Shown here: in pieces, positions 51,566 to 60,585 of the stretch | Layout of the letters: every line of letters starts with the position of its first letter | Numbering within the stretch: position 1 is the stretch's first letter | Made by a program: the position numbers and the translations under genes | Source: Rebecca billardiae RCC1528 | Lineage: Eukaryota > Protista > Haptophyta | Reading direction: 5' to 3' | DNA: 64,000 nucleotides | Assembly (NCBI GenBank): GCA_965240325.2 | Contig: OZ251225.1 | Span: forward strand, 3,038,001-3,102,000 | The notes under the pieces: model-generated | The model's input: only the letters and a program-made list of their open reading frames with translations | The model's database searches: none | Told to the model about the DNA's origin: nothing

Positions 51566-54500
51566 ATGGCGGCCGCGCTCCTGGCGCGGCGGCGATCCAA
51601 GGAGCGCCAAGAGCTCCAGCTGCAGAAGGAGCAGGAGGAGCGCCGCCTGCACGATGAGCAGGACATGCTCTACGCGGCCACCCGCATGGCCGCCGTGTGG
51701 CGCGGGAAGCTCGTGCGCAAGCACAAGGTGGAGCGCCGCGTGCCGGTGAGCGCGTTGATCACGTCCATCCACGTCGCGCGCGTCAGGCGCCAAGGCTTGG
51801 TGCAGTTCGTCGTGTACCTCGCGTACGTTGCCGTGCTCGCGGTGTTCACCTACACGAGCTTCGACCAAGGCACGGCGCTCGCCGTGGAGAAGCAGCTGCG
51901 CGCCGCGTTCGACTCCGACTCGCTCGGCACGAAGCGCTCGGACGTGGTCGACCTCGACTCCGCGTGGGGCTACATCGAGTCGGTGGCGACGACGCTGTAC
52001 GACGAGGGGCAGCACGTGCGCAATGCCGCGAGCTGGAGCGCGTTCCTCACCTCGGCGTGCCCCTTCACCGCCGACACACCCAGCTCGCCGTGCCAGAACA
52101 GGGCGTGCTCGACCACGCTGCGCGGCGGCACGCCCAGCGCCGCCGAGGCGGCGGCGTGCAACGCGCTGATCGGCTCGCACTGCGCGGCGCACGCGGACGA
52201 GTGGTACTGCGGCGTGCTGGCGGCACAGTCGCCCCCGGCCGGCGCCGGCGCCACGTTTCCGTGCGCGTACGCCGACGCCGGCCCGACCAACCCGTGCACC
52301 AACGCGGCGTGCGCGCCGTGGGCGGCCGACGGCAGCGCGCCGCCCGTTGACGGCGCCAACTCGACGGAGGACGGCTCGGCAGCTGCGCGCACGCCGGCGT
52401 CCGTCGCGTGCGCCGCGATCATCCGCGCGCACTGCGCGGCCTTTCCGGCCGAGCCCGCGTGCAACGCGAGCGCGCCCGCCGCGTCGAGGCGTCTGCTCGA
52501 GCGCCCAATCGAGGCGGCGCGGGGCAGGCAGGCCGGGCGCGCGGCCGCCGGCCGGAGGCTGAGCGGCGACGCTGACGACGACGACAAGCCCGACGACCAG
52601 GATCGCGTGGCGATGGTCGACGCGTCGAACAAGGCCATCGGCCCGCTGCTCGTGTGGCACGCGCGCTACCGCGTGGGCACCTGCGAGCGCTTCAGCACGT
52701 TCCTGCGCACGTGCGTGCGGGCGGGTGCGTACTCGCGCGCCGGCTTCACGGGCGCACTCACCGGCCGGAGGTACACACCCGGCCGCGTCGAGGACGCGGA
52801 CCTGGGCGTCGACATGAGCGCGCGGCCGGACGAGACGCTCCCGGACGGCACGCCCAGCGTGTACACCACCTTCGAGCCCCTCGTCGACGACATCTCGCCC
52901 GACGACCTGTACATGATGCCCGTGGACGTGGGTAATTACGGGGTGCCGTTGAGCACGGTGCTGACGCTCGCGCGGCGGCACAGGGCGGACGGGTGGCTGG
53001 ACGAGTCGCTCTCGGTGCTGCTGCTCACGCTGAACGTGTACAACGCGAACGTGCAGCGCTACGCCAGCGTGCGCGCGCGCTTCGACTTCACCCGCGGCGG
53101 GCTCGTCGAGCGCTCGCTCCGCATCGCCACCACGCCGACCGCCTTTTGGCTGCGCGCGCGCCCACTCGCGTGGGCGGTGCTGGTGCTTCTCTGGCTGGAC
53201 TCTGCGCTGCTGCTGGCGCGCGTGCTCCGCGCGCTCGTGGCGTGCTCGCACTCGCTCAACGAGCGCCTCGAGGCGTACCTCGAGAAGCTGCGCAAGCGGA
53301 TGGACCGGGGCGCGCGCGTGCTGCGCCGCCAGGCCACCTCCTCATCCTCGCTCGGCTCCGTGCAGAGCGGCGCGCTCCGGCGCTGGGGCGGCGCGGCCGA
53401 GCAGAGCGAGGCGGCGAAGGCGCTGCGCGCGGCGGAGCAGGCGGCGCAGCGGCCGTGGTGGCTCGTGGTCGAGGTGCTCGCGATCCTGGCCTTCTGGTAC
53501 TACGTCCTCCTCGCCTTCTCCGTCGAGGAGCTCACGGCCGAGACCAACACGCTCTTCGAGTTCATCGCGCGCCGCGGCACGTCGGACACGTCGGCCGCGG
53601 TGCTGAGCAAGATGGTGACGCTCACCTACCTGGTGATGGACACGGCGCGGAACGCCTACTACATGAGCTACTCCGCGAGCATCGCGATGCTGTGCCTGCT
53701 GCAGCGCATGTTCAAGGTGCGCCTGCGCGCGCGCGCGCGCGCAGCCCGCGGCCGCGCGCGCCCTGAGCAGCGCGCGGCCGCACTGCGCGGCGCTCTCCGC
53801 CTGCCCCGCCGCCTCCGCAGTTCTGCCTCTTCCACCGCCGGCTGTCGACCATCTCGAGCATCGTGTCCAACGCGAGCGCCGACATGTCCTACTTCCTCAT
53901 CCTCTTCGTGATGATCTCCGCGGGCTTCGCCGTCGCCGCGACCATGCTGTTCGGCAGCACAAACGCAAAGTTCACGACGATAGGGGCGTCCGCGTCGACA
54001 CTCTCTCTCATCCTGCTCGGCAGCTTCGAGCACGCCGAGTTCGTCGCCCTCGACCCGCCCGAGATGGGGCACGTCTTCTTCTGGTGCGCGCGCCACCGCG
54101 CCCTCGCCCCCGCGCCGAGCCGCCCGCGCGTCCACGCCCTCACGGAGCGCCCGGCTGGGCCGGCGCTCGCGCGGTGCCATCGTCCGCGCCGGCGCCGCCC
54201 TCGCGCGCGCGCCCCGCTGCCCGCCAGGCTGTACATCGCCATCTGCTACCTGCTGCTGCTCAACGTGCTGCTCGCCATCATCCTCGACGCGTACATCCTC
54301 GCCAAGCAGTCCGCGGTGGACGAGCCGACGCTCGGCGCCGTCGCGCAGGATGTGCTGATCAACTCTGCGCACGACGCGCACGACGGCTGCCGCTTCGTCG
54401 GCAAGCTGGCCGTGCGGCTGTGGGCGCGCCGCGCCCGGCGGGCCGAGGAGGCGGCGGAGGCGGGTGCCAAGGCAGAGCGCGGCGAGGCGGGGGGCGCGGG

Positions 54501-55167
54501 CGAGGGCATCGGCGCGCAGCCGGCTCGGCACGGGCCGGGCGAGGCCGCACCGTTACCCGCCTCTCCCAGCCTCACCGTCGGCGGCGGCGCCGACGCCGCA
54601 GGCGTGCGCCGCCCCTCGCTGCTGCGCCGTCTGCCACGCGTCAGCAGCATGGGCCGCGGCGCGCGGCTGCAAGGCACGCTCACGGCCGAGCGGCGAGCCA
54701 ACCTGATCGCCGCGCTCTCCGAGACGTCGAGCGCGGTGGACGACGCCAAGGTCGCGCGGGTGCTCATGCGCTCCAAGAAGGCGCTGCTCAAGAAGCGCGA
54801 CTCGCACCTCAGCCTGCGCGACCTGACTGAGCTCTTTGGCGCGCTGATGGCGACCAAAGTCATGCGCAAGTACGGGCAGGAGTTCCGCGACGAGACGCCG
54901 GAGCACATCCGGATGCTGCAGCTGGCGTCCTTCGAGGACTCGGTCGCGCACGCGCTGCTGCGGATCGGCCGCGCGATGGATCGCGTCAACGAGCAGACGC
55001 GCCGCACCATCAACGACCAGGAGAAGCTCGCTGCTGTGGTGAGCGAGCTGCACACGCCCGCATCTACGCCGCCGGTGTCGGCGACCCGCCGCGGCAGGGC
55101 AGGTGCTGGTGATGCTGCTGACGAGAGCGGCGTCATCGAACACAGTGCCAACGGGCTCTTTAGATGA
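51566..55167 (+). CDS. PKD2: Polycystin-2 / TRPP-family cation channel, paralog B, ~1117 aa. Exons 51566-53716, 53821-54083, 54228-55167
   Basis: DGWLDESLSVLLLTLNVYNANVQRY...FDFTRGG; LLQRMFKFCLFHRRL; LSLILLGSFE; LLLNVLLAIILDAY. Intron positions and phases identical to paralog A. Symbol is family-level. Confidence 0.9.
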
Positions 55168-55720
55168 CGACGATCGCGCGAGGGTGGTGTCTGAGGAATA
55201 GCGTAGCCGCGTGGAGCTGTGGCGGCAGTGAGACGGGGAGCCGCCCAGTGAGTCCACGTACTCTAAGTCTGCGACTCCAGCGAAATCGCGGGTCTGCCCG
55301 CGGCCTCCTCGCTCTCCAAATGCCCGCGGGGGGGCGGGCAGATTGCGGCGTGCCCGGCCTCCGTGCATGCACGCGGCGTGCGCGGAGATCATACGGCGAT
55401 CGCCCGACTCCGCCTGCATCGAGAGTGGCGGAGTAACAAGCAGCAGTCACTACCACGTCAAGACTCAGGTTGGACGCGCAGCTCGCCACTGTGTCTGTGA
55501 GTGCTGAGCAGCACGGATCGGGCCGGTTATTTATTGGAAGGCGGCAGACGTTCGCGCGGCCTGAATTCGCTTCTGGCTTCTATGAAGTCGCGCGGATCCA
55601 AGCGACCAAGCCGTCGTCGGACCCCCTTGATTCCTTTGGTCGGATCATGATGGCAAACAGCAGGCATTTACAGGTGATTCGAATAAAGAGCGATGGCGTC
55701 GTCCGGCCGGTGACTCGTTG

Positions 55721-55747
55721 CCCCCCCCCCCCCCCCCCCCCCCCCCC
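55721..55747. repeat. Poly(C) tract, 27 nt
   Basis: Directly visible, ending 15 nt before the ATG at 55763. Confidence 0.95.
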
Positions 55748-55762
55748 GCGCCCGCCGGGACC

Positions 55763-57256
55763 ATGACAAAGTCATGCCTTCTCCGCGTGCGCGGAGCCAA
55801 GGACGCCGTCCAAGTTCTCCCGACAGCAGTGTGGCCGATGATCGCCGGCGCTTTCTTCATCCTGCTCGACGCCGCCGGTGGCGTCGTCTCGAGCGAGCAG
55901 CAGCTTCCGCTCGGAAGCTCTACGGACACGGTGGACCTTGTCACCGTCCGCACAGGGCCTTCCGCAGTGTGGCAGCTGTGCAACCGCAGCACGGGGCTGG
56001 CGGCCTCGTCAGGCCACCAGTGCACTCCTCACAAGGCGCCGGTGGCTGAGGTCGGCGCGCTCGGTCCCGCTCGCTTTGCATTCGATCCCGTTCGGCAGAT
56101 TGGTGGCGGCCGTTGCGTGCACGTGCCAACCGATGGCGTGGTCGCGCTGCTGGCCAACGGCCGCGAGCACGCGGCTGAGCTGAGTCGCCACCGCCTTGCC
56201 AACTGGCATGAGCTTCTGCTCGCACCATTCAACCTCACGCTCGCCATCTTCCTCGGGCTGGGTCTGGACGGATACGAGCGCGCGCCGAATGGCTCCAAGC
56301 CCACGGCCGCTGAGGTGCACGCCTTCGCCCACTCGCTCGGACTGAGCAGAGTGGCTACTTGTGCTGACTCGGTCGCGAGCACCGGCACGAGACAAAGTGC
56401 GTGCGTGCACTTGCTCTCGCTGGACGAGGGCTACTCGGCCTACTCGCTCTCGACACCCAGCCGGCAGGACCCCTCTCTGGTGCTCATTGGTGGTGTGGCA
56501 CTCCCCCGCCCTGGGTGGGCCACAGGGATGAGCGTCGAGGAGCTGCGCGCGTGGCGGCCAACGTTGTTCACCCGAAAAGAGACCAACTTCGAGTACGTGC
56601 AGAGCACGACGTGGTACACGCTCCCGCTCTTTCGGCTGCGGCTGCTCGACTACTTTGACTACTTCCTCAAGGTGGACACCGACATCTGGATGAGGCGCGA
56701 GCAGAGGGTGCTCGCTCAAGGACAGCATCTGCTCACTGAGCTGCGCACCTCGGGCAAGAAGATGCTGTACACGTCACGCTGGCCTAAACGCGATCCTGCG
56801 GAAGTCGCCCAGGGCTCACTCCTGGCAGCCGAGGAGTTCCTTCGCGCTGAGTCCGAGCAGTGGTGCGGAGGGCGGCTGATCAAGCCAGCCGCGGGCAAGA
56901 AGCGATGGTGGCGGGACGAGCGGCTGATCTTCTACTCCAACTTCATGGCCGGTTGGCTGGGCTATTTCGCGTCTCCGCAGGTGATGCAGTTTGGGCAGGC
57001 GTGGAACGAGGCGCCGAACAAGTGGTCAGCGCGCTGGACGGACCAGCAGTTCTGGTGCAAGGCGCTCGGGCTTGTCGACGCAGTCCCATCCCACAATTGG
57101 GTTGACAGAGCTGATTGGCGGGAACAATTCTTCTGCCATCAGGCTTCCGTCAAAACATGCGATCCGCTGCTTGCGAGCACCATCACTAAGACAAGGCTGC
57201 GTGCGAACAAAAGCCGCCGCATGCAGCGCAGGCGTCGTACGACGTACTACTCGTAG
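55763..57256 (+). CDS. GT15-like (KRE2/MNT1-type mannosyltransferase-like) glycosyltransferase, 497 aa
   Basis: N-terminal hydrophobic anchor; LLDYFDYFLKVDTD (DxD); FYSNFMAGWLGYFASP; RWTDQQFW..ALGL, resembling the GT15 SNFEI and RWGD motifs. Confidence 0.7.
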   Translation: MTKSCLLRVRGAKDAVQVLPTAVWPMIAGAFFILLDAAGGVVSSEQQLPLGSSTDTVDLVTVRTGPSAVWQLCNRSTGLAASSGHQCTPHKAPVAEVGALGPARFAFDPVRQIGGGRCVHVPTDGVVALLANGREHAAELSRHRLANWHELLLAPFNLTLAIFLGLGLDGYERAPNGSKPTAAEVHAFAHSLGLSRVATCADSVASTGTRQSACVHLLSLDEGYSAYSLSTPSRQDPSLVLIGGVALPRPGWATGMSVEELRAWRPTLFTRKETNFEYVQSTTWYTLPLFRLRLLDYFDYFLKVDTDIWMRREQRVLAQGQHLLTELRTSGKKMLYTSRWPKRDPAEVAQGSLLAAEEFLRAESEQWCGGRLIKPAAGKKRWWRDERLIFYSNFMAGWLGYFASPQVMQFGQAWNEAPNKWSARWTDQQFWCKALGLVDAVPSHNWVDRADWREQFFCHQASVKTCDPLLASTITKTRLRANKSRRMQRRRRTTYYS

Positions 57257-59277
57257 TCGATGAGAGTTAGCTCATACATACACTAAGACTGCTTACACGG
57301 TCACTCTCGTCAGTCACATATCAGCTCGTCTTAGCTATATAGTACGTACGCTATACGCCCCGAGTACGCGCGTCAATCTTAACCGTGCGGCGCGGCGCCG
57401 TGGGGCGCGGCCTGCGGCGACTAGTTACAGAAATGCAGATCAGTGAGCAGTCGGAATATATATGTCATCGCAGAATTTATAATATGGCGGTACGGTCCGC
57501 CATCCGACCATCATGATCATCCAAAGGATCCGGGACGACGACGGATGAAAGGGGTCCATTCGTAAGTTCTCCGACGGCGCCCGTAGGGGCGTATTGGCGT
57601 ACCGCGTCGTGGCGTAGCTCAGTACCGGCCCGTCGTACGGCCGGGTGGAATTCCCATTTTCTGGCGCACTTCCGCACTGGGGAGGCGGAAAAGCGGCATT
57701 TAATACGCGAATAAGGATGAATAAAATAATAAAGGGAATAAAGCGCACGCAGTGCGAAGAAATTTTTTCGGGTACTGTGCACGTTAAATCATAGTAAACT
57801 GTAGTAGTATCAGCGTAGTTATTATGCGACGCACCAAGTGCTGCGAGGCGGCCTGCTTGCGCACGCGGCGTCCCGAGCACCCTCGGGGCTCAGCTGCGGC
57901 TCGGCCTGCGCACGCTCAGCAAGCTCGCGTGCGGCCTGCACCTTGCCCGCCGCCTCGACTCTCGAGCAAGAGGATCGACGTATGAGTGAGCGTGTGCCGC
58001 CGAGCTGCTGTCCGGCAGCTACCCGCGACTGCAGCCGCTGGCCGCGGTGCCTGGCCTCGGCGCGGCCCCACAGGCTCAGCGCTGGGAGCTCATCCTCCTC
58101 CTGCGCTCCTCCTCCAGGCGTTTGAGCCGCCGCCGTCTTGGCCGCCTCGTCCTCGTCGATCAGCTGAACGGCGGGAGTAATCCGACTGTGATGTCTCTGC
58201 TCAGCTGAGTGTGACGTGACAAGCGAGGCGACGAGCGACAGCAGCCCGATGACCAAGCCGACGAGCTCATCGTACGAGCCGTCACGCGTGCGCTCGTGCC
58301 GTGTCTGAGCTGGCTCGCGCTCGTACGCCGACCAGGCTTTGCTCGGACTGAACGCGTGTGCTCAGGCGTCCTTGCGTGTGCGCTTGGACGGCCGCGGGCC
58401 GTCATCTGGTCCGACCGCGCGCAGCTCGATCTCGGAAGCGTTGAGCTGCTCCGCGGTTGACTCACCCTCTGCCTCAGGCTCGACCACGGCAGCAGGCCCC
58501 GCAGCAGCCGCCAGGTAGCATCGGCAGGAGCCCCTGCGCCACCCGACGCCGTCCGCACATCGGCCAGCTTGCCGCACACGCGCTGGACCACGGCCTCGCC
58601 GCGCTTGACGCGGATGTGGTGCCAGGTCGTCGTGCCAATCGTTTGGCTATCGACAACGGGCACGGGCACCTCGATCACGACAACGCCTGTCGCGTAGGCT
58701 GTGTAGCGATGTCCGTCCACGACTCCGTCGTGGGTGGACGGCGCACGCCATCGCGGCCGTGGGCGCAAGTGTCTCGTGAATTGTTTTTTTAATTCACTAA
58801 TTCGCCCAGCCGCTACATCGAACTCGACAACGGTTGCTTTTACACCCGCGGTCTTTTGACTGTGCAAATGGGGCGCCGCCCCATGCTCAAATCCGAAGAG
58901 AACGAAGATGTAAAAGTGTCTGGTCCCTAGATACTGTGCTGTCCGGGTCCCAGTCCGGTCAGATCTGAGCAGCCGGATTTTCCGTCCGGACAGGCCAGAA
59001 AATGGGATTTTCACCCGGCCGCGCCCGACGCGTCACTCATCAGCCGCTGCTGCGCTAGACAGTGCTAACTAACTAGCGCTGGCCCGCCACAGTCGGCTCG
59101 GCATCACGGATCACCCGCGACCCCCGGGATCATCAGCACAGCAGTCGTCATCATCAGCGCGGCTGCTGGCCGACGACTTATTCTACGATTTAACTGTCGG
59201 GCCGGTCCGCATACTGTGAACTGCTCTGCTGCCCCTACAGCCTACGCTGGCAGCGTCATCGCCGGCCAGCCTCCTGC

Positions 59278-60387
59278 TCATCCGTCATCGGACTCATCCT
59301 CTGCACGTCTGCGCTTCTGCGCATCCAACGAGGCCCTGTGCACCTTGCTCAGCGCTATCCACAGCTTCCACGTGGTGTACGGCGCCTTGCGGCACAGCGG
59401 CACGAGCACCTGCGAGAAGATGTGCTCTCTCGGCGGCCGCCATTCGTGGGCTGGGATCGGAGCCTGGGCGCTGGCCGCAGCTTCTGCAGCAGGCACGTCC
59501 GACGGCCAACGGACCGCCGCGGCCATGGCCTCAGCGGCGGCCTCCGAGAGATCGAGCTCGGCCGCTTCCGCGCCGCTCGCCGCGCCACCATCGGGCCGTG
59601 CGCGCCAGGCGAAGTGGCCAGGCTTGACGAGCACCTCCTCCACGGCCTCGGCCTCGTCACGCTTGGGCAGCGCGAACGCGGACAGGGCCTCCCTGAAGTC
59701 GGACGCCGTCGCGTCACGAAGGTAGCAGGCGAGGGCCAAGTGCGGCACCTGCACGCACGCGGTGAGCGTGTGCAGGGCGATACAGTGGCCGATCGACGCC
59801 GGCGCGTCCCTGCCCGGCATGGCCATGGCGTTGGCCGCGCGCATCAGCTCGCTGACAAGGACCTTGGCCGTGGCGTCGGGCAGCGTGGCGCCGGCGCCCT
59901 TCAGCACGCCGAGCACCTGGGCGTGTAGGCGCCCCTCGAATATGGACTTGCCCGCCGGGATCGCGAGCGGCACCTTGCGAATCGTGTCGTACATTTCGGA
60001 GGCGGCGTCGGACACCGCGCGCCGAGTGTCGCGTCGCGCTCTCGCTGCGAGAGAGCCGGGGTCGGCAGCGAGGGCCTCGTCGAGACCATCCTCCATGGCA
60101 GCGTCGATGGCAAACTCGATGTTCCAGAAGGCTGACTCCGGGCTTTCGCCGAGGAGATCATTCAGCTCCATGATGGGATTGGTCAGACGAGTTGGCAGGC
60201 CGTCCCCAGCGGGCATCGCGGCCATCTGGATGTCTGAGTACTGCGCGGTGATGGTGTACTTCCAGGAGAGGAGCCGAGTCAGGTGCGTGCCAGTGCAGAC
60301 GCGCACACAGAGGTTGGAGCCATCCGGCGGGGAGACGGGCGCGGCGGAGTCGTACAGCCCCGCGGGCCCCGGCACTAGTCGCTGCAT
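59278..60387 (-). CDS. Hypothetical protein, 369 aa
   Basis: Single long ORF with globular composition and GC3-rich codons; no recognised motif. Confidence 0.6.
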   Translation of the reverse strand: MQRLVPGPAGLYDSAAPVSPPDGSNLCVRVCTGTHLTRLLSWKYTITAQYSDIQMAAMPAGDGLPTRLTNPIMELNDLLGESPESAFWNIEFAIDAAMEDGLDEALAADPGSLAARARRDTRRAVSDAASEMYDTIRKVPLAIPAGKSIFEGRLHAQVLGVLKGAGATLPDATAKVLVSELMRAANAMAMPGRDAPASIGHCIALHTLTACVQVPHLALACYLRDATASDFREALSAFALPKRDEAEAVEEVLVKPGHFAWRARPDGGAASGAEAAELDLSEAAAEAMAAAVRWPSDVPAAEAAASAQAPIPAHEWRPPREHIFSQVLVPLCRKAPYTTWKLWIALSKVHRASLDAQKRRRAEDESDDG

Positions 60388-60585
60388 GGAAGGACCCGGC
60401 CGGCGGGGCCGCGCTGTGTCTCGGCTCGGCGGTCACTCGGTTGCTCAGCGACCTCCGATCCGCCAAACGCGACTGCACGCTCACCTCTTTGAGTAGCCTT
60501 CCCGCGCTGGGCGGGACCCTTTTTTTCAAGCGGTTTTATTTGGTCAATGATGGTGAGGTCCATTTAAGAGAGAAGGCTGGCTCCA

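Noticed and set aside
57440-59014. Possible decayed gene or transposon between AT-richer blocks
   Set aside because: One protein-like stretch (~58550-58740) but no clear start, TIRs, TSD or family motif.
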